Source: the human T2T-CHM13v2.0 reference genome, Homo sapiens
Length of the DNA: 64,000 bases
Assembly (NCBI RefSeq): GCF_009914755.1
Contig: NC_060934.1
Reading direction: 5' to 3' (one strand)
Part shown: positions 13,270 through 26,433 of the stretch, in pieces
How positions within the stretch are numbered: the first letter of the stretch is position 1
Layout of the letters: each line of letters starts with the position of its first letter
Position numbers and translations under genes: made by a program
The notes under the pieces: generated by a model
What the model was told of the DNA's origin: nothing
The model's database searches: none
The model's input: the letters and a program-made list of their open reading frames with translations, nothing else

Positions 13270-14050
13270 TAAAGCATTGAATTAAAAGTTGCCTTTGCCA
13301 TATATTACATTATCAAATACAGGAGAACTATTTTGGAGTTTTCTATTATTTTGTACTGATTTATTTGCCTATTCCTTTCAAACACCATATTAATTTTTTT
13401 AGTGTTTTTATAGCATGTTATAAAAACATGCTATCTAAACATGGTTTCTGGTAGAGATAGTCCCCCTGACATATTGTTTTCTCATAGCATTTTGGCATTT
13501 TCACTCATTTTTCTATGTGAATTTGAATATCACTTACCTGATTTCAAAATGTTAAATGATACTAGCATTCTAATTAGTATTGCATTGAATATATGTTAAT
13601 TTTGGCAAAATTGAATTTAATTCATATGAAGTGTTCTTATCGAAGAACACAGTGTACCTTTCCATGGATTTAGCTTTTTTTCTTAGGTCCTTTATAAATA
13701 ATTTTTTAGTTAATAATTTAACATAAAAATTTTATTAAAAGATTTTATAGTTTTTGTCAGGTAGATCCCATATTTCTCAATAATTATAATTCCAAATATT
13801 GTATGTTTTTTAGTATGGCTAGTAAAATACCTCATTTTTATTTCTATATTTATTGTCCATATAAAGAAAAGCTATTGACAACTTTTGCATAGTAATAGGC
13901 AACTACCTTACCATATCTCTTATTAATTCTCAGAGGACTTTTTGGTTTGTTTTGTGTTTTAACTGAAGTCTTATAGGTTTTCTATATGAACAATTTCACC
14001 ATCAGCACAAATACAATATTTTATCTCTTCTTTCACAACACTTATGGCCT
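13270..14050 (-). mobile_element. Old L1M fragments, degenerate
   Basis: gtattgcattgaatatatgttaattttgg and tataaagaaaagctattga resemble reverse L1 ORF2. Confidence 0.55.
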
Positions 14051-14069
14051 CCGCGTAGAAAGTGACTCA

Positions 14070-14328
14070 GTGCAGGAAGACCATTTTGGACACTCCTATG
14101 ATTTCATCCCCAACCAATCAGAGGCATTCATAGTCTCCTGCCTGCCAAATTATTCTCAAAAACCCTAGCCTCTGAGCTTTCCGGGAGAATTAAGATTTGA
14201 GAATTATCTCCTGTCCTACCACTTGACTGGCCATGTGAAAATTAAACTCTTTCTCTACTAAAGCACTGCTGTCTCAGTGTATTAGCTTTTCTGTGAAGGA
14301 GACAAGAAGAACCCATTGGGTGGTTATA
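14070..14328 (+). mobile_element. ERV1 LTR8-group 3' fragment
   Basis: tgactcagtgcaggaag..ccaatca..attaaactctttctct..gaagaacccattggg; homologous to 36280-36553. Confidence 0.75.
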
Positions 14329-15478
14329 ATCGTGAACACAAAAGGTTTTAGCAAAATACTAGCAAATTTAATCCAGAAATAATTTTTTAAAAAATAATAA
14401 ATCAGGATCAAGAAATATTTATCCCAGGAATGCAAAGTTGTTTTAATATTCAAATATCAATGTACTAGACTTCCAGTTTCAGCTCCAATATGTAAGGGCC
14501 TCCACACTGCTGCGAGTTTTACCTCCAGGAACCCCATCTGGTTCTCCCAGTGAAGATCAGGGAAAAACAGTTTCCTGCTTTCAGATGGAGGGATGACGGG
14601 AGTAATCATTTTGAAATAAGCCCAGAGCACTCTGTTCTCAATAACAAAGGGCTGCCATTAAGGAAAACTACTTTATAGGAGCCTTATTTAACTTAAAGGA
14701 AAAGCAATTAGACAACTCTAGCCCTCCTTAGCTTTCCTATCTCACATAAGGGAATTTTTAAAAAGGCTAAGAAACTTTTCTGAAGGTTACAGACCAGGGA
14801 ATCAGACCCACTAAAAAAAACGATTTAATCTTAAGGCTATGGAATGGTTTCCCTCCACAGTATCTACCTACCACATCACAAGGCCTTCACTATAAAAACA
14901 GCAGATTACAACTGAGAGAGCTGCAAGATACAGACTCTATTTAAGAAGTTTCTAGGGAAACCCAAAGACAACAGGGAAGACAAAAACAAGGACACCGAAG
15001 GAAATTGAATCTCTGATACTTACACCTACAGGAAACATTAACTACAGCCTTACTCCTAGCAGATAAACATAAAACCTAATGCTAAAGCCCTGTTTACCTC
15101 AGCTTTTATTATCCAATATGTCACACTAGGCTTTCAACAAAAAAACTACAAGACCCATGAAAAGACAAGGAAAAAACTCAGTCTGAAGAGATAAGGCAAG
15201 TGTCAGAACTAGTCTCAGATATGACAGAAATTTTGAATTACCGGACCGAGAACTTAAAATAACCATGATTAATATGCTAAGGGCTCTAATGGAAAAAAAT
15301 GGACAAGATGCAAAACAGATGGGTAATGCAAGCAGAAAGATGGGTAAGAAATGCTAGAAATCAAAACCACTGTAACAGATATGGGAAATGCCTTTCATGA
15401 AATCATCAGTAGACCGGATACAGCTCAGGAAAAATGAGTGAACCAGAAGATATGTCAATAGAAACTTCCCAAACTTAA

Positions 15479-15853
15479 ATGAAAAGAGAAAAAAGAATTA
15501 AAAACATGGAACACAATATCCAAAACTGTGAGGCAGAAAGATGTAACATATATGTAATGAGAATACGAGTAAGAAGAAAGAGAGGTGGGGCAGAAGAAAT
15601 ATTTAAAGTAATTATGGCTGAGAATTTTCCAAAATTAATGATAAACACCAAACTACAGATCCAGGAATCTCAAAGAACATCAACCAGGATAAATACAAAA
15701 AAAAAACTATGTGTAAGCATATCATTGTCAAACTATAAAAAGTCAAAGGCCAAAAGAAAAACTCGAAGAAGTCAGAGGAAAAAAGAAAAATCCCTTACAT
15801 ATAGAGAATCAAGGATACGCATTACATTGGACTTCTGTTCAGAAACTATCTAA
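15479..15853 (+). pseudogene. Degenerate L1 ORF1p segment (RRM/CTD region)
   Basis: IMAENFPKLM, QIQESQRT and LTYRESRIRITLDFCSET motifs; stops and frameshifts nearby. Confidence 0.8.
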
Positions 15854-16657
15854 GCAAGAAGAGAATGGAGTGGAATATTTACAGTGTTTAAAAAAATAAG
15901 TACAAGGCCAAACTAGAATTCTATATCCAGTGAAGCTATCCTTCAAAGGCAAAGGAGAAATAAAGACTTTCTCAAACAAAACCTGAGAAGAGTTGTTGCC
16001 AGTAGATCAGCTTTGCAAGAAAGGTTAAAAGAACTTCTTCATGTATCCAGGAAAATATGTGTCAGAATCTCACATTTATATAAAGAAAAGAAGAACATTA
16101 AAGAAGGAACAAATGAAGGTAAAATAAACTATTTTTTGTATTCTTAATTGATCTAATACGTAACAGTTTGTCTAAAATAATTATGGTAGCAATGTATTGG
16201 GTGATTATAACTTACGGATAAGTGAAATGAATGCCAGCAATGTTATAAAATTAGGAAGAGAAGACTTGGAAATAAACTGTTAAAAGTTAGCTGCACTATC
16301 CATGAAATAGTATAGCGTTATTTGAAAGTGGACTTAGATTAGTTGCAAATGTATACTGCAAGCTCTAAAGCAACCACTAAAAACACATAGCAGGTGAGAA
16401 TGTAAAATAGTGCAGCTTCTGTGGAAAAGTTTGAAGGTTCCTCAAAAAATTAGCCATAGGGTTACTACATGATTCAGCAATCCCACTCCCGGATATATAC
16501 TCAACAGAAATGAAAAAAGTCCACAAAAAAAGTGTACGTGAATGTTCATAACAGAATTATTCACAATAGCCAAAATGTAGAAACAACCCAAAGGTCCATC
16601 AACTGATGAATGGATGAACAAAATGTAGTATATCCATACAATTAAATATTATTTGGC

Positions 16658-16973
16658 AGCCAGGTGTGGTGGCTCATGCCTATAATCCCAGAACTTTGGG
16701 AGGCCAAGATGGGCCGACCACCTGAGGTTGGGAGTTTGAAACCAGCCTGTTTTTTAGTAGAGGTGGTGAAACCCCATCTCTACTAAAAATACAAAAAGTA
16801 GCCAGGTGAGGTGGTGCATGCCTGTAATCTCAGCTTCTTGGGAGACTGAGACACGAGAATTGCTTGAATCAAGGAGACAGAGGTTTCAGTGAGCTGAGAT
16901 TGCACCACTGCACTCCAGCCTGGGCAACAGATCGACACTTTGTCTCAAAAAATAAAATAAAAATAAAAATAAA
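16658..16973 (+). mobile_element. AluSx-like with an internal inverted insertion
   Basis: Alu dimer; TSD taaatattatttggc / taaatattatttagc. Confidence 0.92.
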
Positions 16974-17636
16974 TAAATATTATTTAGCCATAAAAAGGAA
17001 TTCACTATTGACACATACTATAACAGAATTAATCATTAAAATATGCTAAGTGAAAAAACCAGAGACAAAAGGCCACATATAGTATGACTCGATTTTTATG
17101 AAATGCCCAGAAGAGGAAAATCCATAGAAAAAGAAAGGAGATTAGTGGTTGCCAGAAACTGGAGGGAGGGAGAAACAGGGAGTGACTGCTTAATGGGTAC
17201 AGGGAGTAACTACTTAATGGGAACAGAGTTGAGATTATGAAAATGTTCTGGAATTGCATAGTGATAATGGTTATATGATAATATGAATACACTAAAAACC
17301 ACTTAATAATATACTTTAAAAATCAATGTAATTCACATTTACAGAATAAAGGAGAAAAGCTATATGATCATTATGCTAGACAGAAAAAGCACTTGACAAA
17401 TTCAACACTCATTAATAATAAAAACTCTCAGAAAAATAGGAATAAAGAAACCTTCTACAATCTCATAAAGAAATCTATGAAAAACCTATAGTTAATATTT
17501 GACAGTGAAAGAGAAAATGCTTTCCTCCTATGATCAGGAACAAGAGAAGGATATCCTCTCCCACAACTTCTAGTCAACATTGTGCTGGAGGCCTCGATCA
17601 GTATAATAAGGCAGAAAAAAAAAAAAAAACACTGAA

Positions 17637-17664
17637 GGGCAGGGGGCAGGGGGCAGGGGGCAGG
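17637..17664 (+). repeat. (GGGGGCA)n G-rich repeat, potential G-quadruplex
   Basis: Four G-runs of 3 or more with 2-nt loops. Confidence 0.75.
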
Positions 17665-17857
17665 AAATGAAATAAAGGCAAACAGACTGGCAAGAATAAG
17701 AATAAGAAACAAGTATGGAATATCACTGTGACTTGGATATAAGCAAATGTTTTTCAGACAGGACAAAAAAACACAAATAACCATAAGAGAAAAAAATTGA
17801 ATTCAGAAAAATTTTTAAGTTCTGCTCATCCAAAGATAATGTTAAAGAAAATTAGGG

Positions 17858-18223
<366 letters not shown>

Positions 18224-19209
18224 TCAAACAAAATGTTGGTATCCTGGGTGTATAAAAAATCTTACCATTCAAAATAAAAGACAAATAACCTAGTGAAAAA
18301 ATGTCTAACGTCATTAGTCACCAGCCAACTCAAACTGAAGCCACAATGAGATAGCACTACACTCCCACCAGAAATATAAAATTAAAATGACTGGCAATAC
18401 CAAATTTTGACAAGAATGCCAAGCAGTGAGAACTCTTATACCTTGTTGGGAAGAATGTGAAATATTACTACTTAAAAAAAAGGTCTGACAGCTTCTTATG
18501 AAACTAAATATACATCTTCTTTATGATCCAGCAATTCCATTACTTGATATTTCCCCACAGAAAAAAAAGTTTTATCTAAACTTTATTCATAGCAACTTTA
18601 TTCAAATAAAAAAATTGAAACAAATTAAATGTTTATCCACAGGAGAACAGATAGACAAATCATGGTATATCCATGCAATAGAATATGACTAAGCAATAAA
18701 AAGAAAGTAATGATGCACACAACAAATGGATGAATTTCAAAAATATTATGCTGTGTGAAAGAAGACTTAAAAGAGATCATAACTTATATTTTATAGATTT
18801 ATGTAATTTTTTCATAAAATTCTAAAATAGGCAAAATTAATATATGGTAGAAAAATCAGAGCACTGGTTGCCTCTGCAGGGAAGAGACTGGAATTGACTG
18901 GGAAGGGACATGAGGAAACTTTCTGAGATAAGGGAAATATTTATTCCTGAATAGAAATTTGAGTTACATTATCCTTAATGTATAGATCAATCTCTTCACT
19001 GTAGCCAATCTCCCAACGCCACTTTCACCACCCCCACACCTGTGCAGTCACACTCCTCTCCACATTCATTCCATGTTGAGCCATCCACTCACATGGACAG
19101 CCATCTCACCCAACTATCTCCAGTACGCTACTCTGCACCAGCATGGCTCACCAACAGATGCCCACCTTGCTCGGCACCATCGAATGACTTTAGGGGATGT
19201 TAGGGGAGA

Positions 19210-19410
19210 GCTTTTACATTTCAAAAGACCCCTCTATTTCATTTGAGCCTTTAATGAGACTACAAGATAGGCAGGGTGTATAATTTTAACCCATTTTACA
19301 GGTTAGGAAAACAAGACTCAGAAAAGTTAAATATCTTCTCCAAAACTGCTTGTTGGTAGGCAGGCACAATCCAACATATCAGATCCCTAGTCTAGTGTTA
19401 TTTCTAGCAC
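19210..19410 (-). mobile_element. MIR
   Basis: cccattttacaggttaggaaaacaagactcagaaaagttaa. Confidence 0.65.
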
Positions 19411-19699
19411 CTTACACAGAAGTTCTCATTCCCACCTCTATCTCTACATCCCAATTTCTGAACCAGGGGATTTGGAGAACAGAGAATCAGGCAAAATAAC
19501 ACAATGGGACCTGTAAACAGCCTCTGTGACTAAGGTAGAAACCACCATAACACACATCTCATTCAGCTATACACTCTGTGGCTGCAAAGAGCCAACCAAA
19601 CCATGATACTTACCTTCATGTGCTTCTGATGCACACACCAACTGCCAGGCTCTTGGGTTGACTTCTCCAATCGTTCTCATAAGAGGAGGTGTTGGGGGA

Positions 19700-20234
19700 T
19701 GTTTTAGATTCCTGTGGATACTATCACAACCACAAATTTGATGGCTTAAAACAATACCATATATTCTCTTACCCTTCTGGAGGCACTTCTGAAAACAGTT
19801 TGAAGGTATTAGCAGGGTCACACTCCCTCCAGAGGCTCTATGGGATAATCCATTTCCTTTCCTTTTCCAGCTTCTAAAGCTGTGTCCCTTGGCTCATGGC
19901 CCCTTCTTCCACCTTCAAAGCCAGCAGAGTAGCATCTTCACTTTCTCTCTGCTTCTATCATTACATCACCTTCTGCCTTCTTTGTCAAATCTCTCTCTGC
20001 TCTGTCTTCAGATCACCTCCTCTTCTGTCATACAATCTTCTGCCTTCTTATAAGGAAGCTTGTGATTACACTTAGGGTCCACCTGGATAATCCAGAATAC
20101 TCTCCCCATCTCAATATTCTTAATTCGAACACATCTACGAAATACTTTTTGCCACATGAGGTAAACAAAAAAATTCATATGTTCCAGGGATTAGGACCTA
20201 GATATCTTTGGAGACCATTATTCAGCCTACCACA
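19700..20234 (-). mobile_element. MLT1 (C-E-like) LTR
   Basis: accacaaatttgatggcttaaaacaa..gccagca..attattcagcctaccaca. Confidence 0.8.
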
Positions 20235-20739
20235 AGGGCCACAGAAGCAGGGGCACAAGTCTTCTTGGGATTTGTGTGGGAAAAGTTAAAATAAAGTAGA
20301 ATTATTTTTCTTATCATGATTAAGATAATGCCATCAGCTAAGGCACTTCAAACAACACTTAAGTGAGTCCAGTCCTTCTCATTCTGTTTTCCACAAAACA
20401 ATTGTTGAAATTTACCAATGAATTTTCAACAGCCTATTTCACTCAAGTAGCTTTTTCATCTCTAGTTGATGCACACAGCCAGGGAATTATCACAGAAATG
20501 GAATTATTTGGTGAAAATTAAATATATTTTCCCTTAAAATGCACTTTGAGAGGTTTGCCCACAGAGTTTTGCCCAAAGAAACAATTATTTTAAGCCTGAA
20601 ATTGAATGTTAACATTCTGAATATGAATAAGCTCTCTGTGTTTGTTGGTCTTTGCTTTGGGGTCTGGGGGGCAGTGCCCAAAAAACACAGAAACATGCTA
20701 TTTTTCAAGTTGTTTCTAATGCTTTTTGTTATTTTATTT

Positions 20740-21076
20740 TGTTTATATTTTGAAAAGATTCAAATTAAACAAAAGCAGAGAGAATAATATAATAACTCCA
20801 CGTACCTATCACCAGCTTCCATAGTTATCAACATTCAGACACTATTATTCTATATACCTCCCACCACTTTTTTTCTGAATTATTTTAAAGCAAATCTAAG
20901 ACACCATAAAAATTTATTCTTAAATATTACCTTTTATTGCTAAAAATGAGGTCTTTAAAAATATTTCAATTGATATATAACATTACATCAATAGCACATT
21001 TGGCACAATTAACAGTAATTCATTAATAGCTTTCAATACTAGTCTGTCTTCAGTTACTTTCACTTGTTTTAAAAAT
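20740..21076 (-). mobile_element. L1MC-like 3' end fragment
   Basis: agagaataatataataactccacgtacctatcaccagcttc..tattttaaagcaaatc. Confidence 0.55.
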
Positions 21077-21087
21077 GCCTTTTTACA

Positions 21088-23310
21088 GGCCTTCAACAAA
21101 ATTCAACACCCCTTCATGCTAAAAACTCTCGACAAACTGGGTATCGATGGAAAGTATCTCAAAATAATAAGAGCTATTTATGACAAACCCACTGCCAATA
21201 TCATACTGAATGGGCAAAAACTGGAAGCATTCCCTTTGAAAACTGGCACAAGACAAGGAGGCCCTCTCTCACCACTCCTATTCAACATAGTATTGGAAGT
21301 TCTGGCCAGGGCAATCAGGCAAGAGAAAGAAATAAAGTGTATTGAAATAGGAAGAGAGGAAGTCAAATTGTCTCTGTTTGCAGATGACATGATTGTATAT
21401 TTAGAAAACCCCAGCATCTTAGCCCAAAATCTCCTTAAGCTGATAAGCAACTTCAGCAAAGTCTCAGGATACAAAATCAATGAGCAAAAATCACAAGCAT
21501 TCCTGTATACCAATAACAGGCAAACAGAGAGCCAAATCATGAGTGAACTCCCATTCACAATTGCTACTAAGAGAATGAAATACAACTTACAAGGGATGTA
21601 AAGGACCTCTTCAAGGAGAACTACAAACCACTGCTCAAGGAAATAAGAGACAAAACAAACAAGTAGAAGAACTTTCCATGCTTATGGATAGGAATAATCA
21701 ATATTGTGAAAATGGCTATACTGCCCAAAGTAATTTATAGATTCAATGCTACCCCCATCAAGCTACCATTGACTTTCTTCACAGAATTGGAAAAAACTAC
21801 TTTAAAGTTCATATGGAACCAAAAAAGAGCCCAAATTGCCAAGGCAATCCTTAAGCCAAAAGAACAAAGCTGGAGTCATCATGCTACCTGACTTCAAACT
21901 ACACTGCAAGGCTACAGTAACCAAAACAGCATGGTACTGGTACCAAAACAGAGATATAGACAAATGGAACAGAACAGAGTCCTCAGAAATAACACCACAC
22001 ATCTACAGCCATCTGATCTTTGACAAACCTGACACAAACAAGCAATGGGGAAAAGATTCCCTATTTAACAAATGGTGTTGGGAAAACTGGCTAGCCATAT
22101 GCAGAAAGCTGAAACTGGACTCCTTCCTTATGCCTTATACAAAAATTAACTCAAGATGGATCAAAGACTTACATGTAAGACCTAGGACCATAAAAATCCT
22201 AGAAGAAAACCTGGGCAATACCATTCAGGACATAGGCATGGGCAAAGACTTCATGACTAAAACACCAAAAGCAATGGCAGCAAAAGTCAAAATTGACAAA
22301 TGGGATCTAATTAAACTAAAGAGCTTCTGCACAGCAAAAGAAACTGTCATCAGAGTAAATAGGCAACCTACAGAATGGGAAAAAAATCTTTGCAATCTAC
22401 CCATCTGACAAAGGTCTAATATCCAGAATCTACAAAGAACTTAAACAAATTTACAAGAAAAAAATCAAACAACTCCATCAAAAAGTGGGCAAAGGATATG
22501 AACACATATAAACTGCATAAAAAGAAGACATTTATGCAGCCAACAGACATATGAAAAAAAGGCTCATCATCACTGGTCATCAGAGAAATGCAAACCAAAA
22601 CCACAATGAGATACCATCTCACGCCAGTTAGAATGGCGATCATTAAAAAGTCAGGAAACAACAGATGCCGGAGAGGATGTGGAGAAATAGGAATGCTTTT
22701 ACACTGTTGGTGGGAGTGTAAATTAGTTCAACCATTGTGGAAGACAGTGTGGCGATTCCTCAAGGATCTAGAACTAGAATTACCATTTGATCCAGATATC
22801 CCATTACTGGGTATATACCCAAAGGATTATAAATCATGCTACTATAAAGACACATGCACACGTATGTTTATTGCAGCACTATTCACAATAGCAAAAACTT
22901 GGAACCAACCCACATGTCCATCAATAATAGACTGGATAAAGAAAATGTGGCACATATACACCATGGAATACTATGCAGCTATAAAAAAGGATAAGTTCAT
23001 GTCCTTTGCAGGGACATGGACGATGATGGAAACCATCATTCTCAGCAAACTATCACAAGGACAGAAAACCAAACACTGCATGTTCTCACTCATAAGTAGG
23101 AGTTGAACAACGAGAACACATGGATATAGGGAGTGGAACATCATACATTGGGGCCTGTCGGCGGGGTAGAGGGCCGGGGGAGGGATAACATTAGGAGAAA
23201 TACCTAAAGTAGGTGACAGGTTGATGGGTGCAGCAAACCACCATGGCACGTGTATACCTATGTAACAAAAGTGCATGTTCTGCACATGTACCCCAGAACT
23301 TAAAGTATAA
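21088..23310 (+). mobile_element. L1PA7/8-like, 5'-truncated (~2.2 kb)
   Basis: ORF2 RT to C-terminus plus 3' UTR; TSD gcctttttacagg (21077-21089) / gccttttacagg (23385-23396). Confidence 0.95.
21116..23106 (+). pseudogene. Disrupted L1 ORF2p (RT and C-terminal region)
   Basis: [28 protein letters not shown] and HCWWEC motifs spread over four ORFs separated by frameshifts and stops. Confidence 0.93.
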
Positions 23311-23383
23311 TATGTATATGTATACACATACATATACAGTATACATAGTATATATGTGTGTGTATATATATGTGTGTATATAA
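23306..23383. repeat. TA/TG-rich microsatellite replacing the L1 tail
   Basis: Directly visible. Confidence 0.9.
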
Positions 23384-23585
23384 AGCCTTTTACAGGTAGT
23401 GTGTTCAAATCAGAATTCAAACAAGGGTTTTTTAAAAATATTTATTGTATCTATAGTTATTACTCATTTTTCATTCCTGTTTTTCTTTCTGCATCTTTTC
23501 TCCTTTTTCATGATTAGTCTTGCCAGAAGTTTACCAGCTTTGGTTTTGTTAATATTTTTATTCTATTGTATGCCTATCTGATTTA

Positions 23586-23702
23586 GTTTTTATTGTGGTA
23601 GAATATACGTAACATAAAATTTACCATTTTTATGTGTACAATTTAGTAGCATTAAATACATTCATGTTATGCAACCATCACCAGTATCTATTTCAATAAC
23701 TT
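23586..23702 (-). mobile_element. L1MB 3' terminal fragment
   Basis: ttttattgtggtagaatatacgtaacataaaatttaccatttt. Confidence 0.7.
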
Positions 23703-25065
23703 AGAAATAAACAATTTTATAAGGAGATCCAAGAAAGTGACTTTACCTCCTCAAGACAACTTCTCTCCTGAAAATAGGATGGATGGAGATTTCAGAATAG
23801 ATATTTACAAGCTCATTAGAAGTTCTCAATATCATGCCCATTTTTAAAGCTCTGACCTATTTCACAGTAAGATGGCCTTAACTAGTAATTAATAAATGTC
23901 ATTTACAAGAAGAATGTATAACTGCATTAAATCCTCATCCAAATACATGTCAACAGCCCATCAAGCAGCATCATATAGATGAAATTGCTGGTTTCATCCC
24001 AAGGCTCATTGAATTATAATGCTGTTTATAAAGATTAACTCACCAATGAATGGCATCTCAATTTATAGCAACTGGTTTAGTCTCTGAAATGTGTCCACCT
24101 CGTCAACAGTCACACTCACTTATCCATTTTCCCTCCTATTATTATTAATTAGAAATGATACAATCAGTCCTTACCAGTACAGAAAGCTGTCGACATTCTC
24201 TGCTGAAAATGTATTGGGACAAAATCAATTAGTCAAATTTGATTAAAACAGTTGGTAAACTGAAAAGAACCTCAACAATACAGATTATCCTTCTAGTTCT
24301 ACTAAAGTCAAAACTTTGAAATAAAATGTGATACATGTATTTTTTTAACTGAGGATTTACTCAAGGAAAGCAAGAGAATAAGAAATCAAACATCCTGAAC
24401 ACTGCATGGAGCATTCCACATGAGATTTGATTTAAGGCATCACAACTCACCATCTTAGAAAACATGAGGGATCCAGTCTGTGATGAGCAGGTCATTAAGT
24501 GCTGTGATGCATGGGTCTCCATGAAAACATGATTCCTTTCTGATTTTTAAAAAATGCATAGGATTGAGGAGGAGAGGAAAAAGGAAGAAGTAATCCTATT
24601 TTTACATCTTATCCAAATATGAAGATAACATTGGAAAACCTGCATAAGGAATAAAGTATGAAATTACTTTCACAGTGTATGAGCATCATGGTCACTGCTG
24701 GTCTGTCATAATATGCTTTAAGGAATATTTTATTCCAGTACTTTAGATTTCAACTCCTGGCTGATAACAGCCTACAAAACATCAGCATGAATTAAACATA
24801 GAAGAATCACAAAAACTGAATGTAACAAGAGGAGGTTGATGCAGTTTGGCTTCTTTGATCTACAATTAAAATAAAACATGATAGAAAATCTTTCTGAGGC
24901 AAAAAGCAGCAGCTTTGTAGAGGAGTAAACAAAGATGCTGCAAATGTAATTATCTTAACTAAATAGAAATAAGAGAAAATGAATGGTTGAGCAATTTTAC
25001 TTCTGCAACTGATTTTATTGATTTGTAGAAGGAACAAGCCAGCCAGCTCCAGAGTCAATGTATTA

Positions 25066-25195
25066 ATCGTTCATTCATGTGGGGGTGCCCATTATGCTCT
25101 GGCACTTTGCTAGGTGCTGGGGATACAACAGGGAACAAGACCAATACATTCCCATCTTCATGAAACTTGCATCCTGGTAGAAGACAGATGATAGA
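25066..25195 (-). mobile_element. L2 3' fragment
   Basis: ttcattca..tggcactttgctaggtgctggggatacaaca. Confidence 0.65.
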
Positions 25196-25465
25196 TGAGT
25201 AGATATATTTTTAAAAGAGGGTCCATGACATAAGTTTGGCAGAAGCACATAAAACAAATGATTATAACAATGTTCGCAGAAGCAAGAAGAAAACCCACAG
25301 TAGACATGAGTGGTCACTCTCTGATCACTAATTATTATATTTATATATATCTTCACTTGATGGAAGATGGTTTTTTTACAACAGCCAGCCATCCAGACCC
25401 TCACAGAGGCAAATTTTTTGATAATGCTGGTTATGGATGTAAAAGCAAAATGAAAGAATTATTGA

Positions 25466-25762
25466 GCTCATGCCTGTAAGCCCAGCAATTTGGGAGTCTG
25501 AAGCAGGTGGATCTCTTGAGCCCAGGAGTTTGAGACCAACCTGGCCAATAGGCGAAAGCCAGTCTTTACTAAAAGTACAAAAATTAGCCAGGCATGGTGG
25601 CACGCACCTGCAGTCCCAACTACTCAGGAGGCTGAGCACGAGAATCACCTGAGCCTGGGAAGTCGAGGCTGCAGTGAGCTGTGATGGTGCCATTGCACTA
25701 CAGTGTAGGCAATGGGAGTGAGGCCCTGTCTCAAAAACAAACAAACAAACCAGAAAGAAAAA
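25466..25762 (+). mobile_element. AluJ, slightly 5'-truncated
   Basis: J diagnostics and an (AAAC)n tail. Confidence 0.9.
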
Positions 25763-25766
25763 TTGA

Positions 25767-25940
25767 GGTCGGCGCGGTGGCTCAGGCCTATAGGCCGCAG
25801 CGGGAGGCTCAGGTGGGAGAATTCTCTGAGCCTGGGAGGTCGAGACTGCAGTGAGCTGTACTCCAGTGCACTCCAGCCTGGTTGACAGAGCGAGACCCTG
25901 TCTCAAAAAAAAAAAAAGAAAGAAAGAAAGAAAAGAAAGA
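25767..25940 (+). mobile_element. Alu monomer (FRAM/FLAM-like or deleted AluJ) abutting the previous Alu tail
   Basis: ggtcggcgcggtggctc..gaggtcgagactgcagtgagc..cagagcgagaccctgtctc followed by an A/GAAA tail. Confidence 0.85.
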
Positions 25941-26433
25941 GAATAATTGTGTGCACCAAGCACTTAGGAAGTTGAGCCTCTCCAGAATCTATCGCTAAGG
26001 GTCAGAGTCAAACGATCTATTACAAGGATATATATATGTAGACATATTCAGAGAAGACAAGGAAGTACAATATATGCAACATAACCCCTCTGTCTCTGCT
26101 ACAGGACATGGCTGAAAATGTGCCCCTAACACAGCAATCTTTGTTCCTTACTTGGCCAGTCGCTGCTCTCCTATACTCCGCTTCATCTCCCTGCAGAGGA
26201 GAGAGGAGCCAGAAGCAAGCACCAGCTTTCCCATCACATTCTTCCCTGGTCGACTCTCTGATTAGCATGGATTAAGAAAGCCTTCACTGCCTGCACGCAT
26301 CGCATTCCCTCAGACTATAAACGTTTCTTCTAAAGACTGAAAGTCCCACCCGAAGTCCTTCTGTGGTGTTAGATGTTGAGAGCCTCAGTTCTTATTTAAA
26401 TACATTCCCTGGGGCCACTTGAACTATTAAGAA

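Larger units (their letters stand above)
14465..17317 (+). mobile_element. L1MB/MC-like element with 5' UTR, ORF1 and 3' end, with ORF2 almost entirely absent
   Basis: 5'-like start gacttccagtttcagctcc; ORF1p homology; jump near 16383 to ORF2-tail/3' UTR sequence; TSD aaatatcaatgta (14452-14464) / aaaaatcaatgta (17318-17330). Confidence 0.7.

Noticed and set aside
17178-17228. 24-bp tandem duplication in an L1 3' UTR (also 14 bp at ~13071 and gaagatgag repeats at ~10248)
   Set aside because: Ordinary slippage duplications inside dead repeats
18995-19205. C-rich segment possibly from an ancient repeat (also 1860-2330 and 55160-56290)
   Set aside because: Repeat-like, but I cannot assign a family with confidence
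21116-23106. Reverse-transcriptase ORFs as a functional gene
   Set aside because: 5'-truncated L1PA with frameshifts and stops; no promoter, ORF1 or endonuclease domain
23747-23767. Possible 21-nt minus-strand micro-exon (ERSCLEE)
   Set aside because: Splice signals are only moderate, and no coherent multi-exon ORF could be assembled with the other candidates
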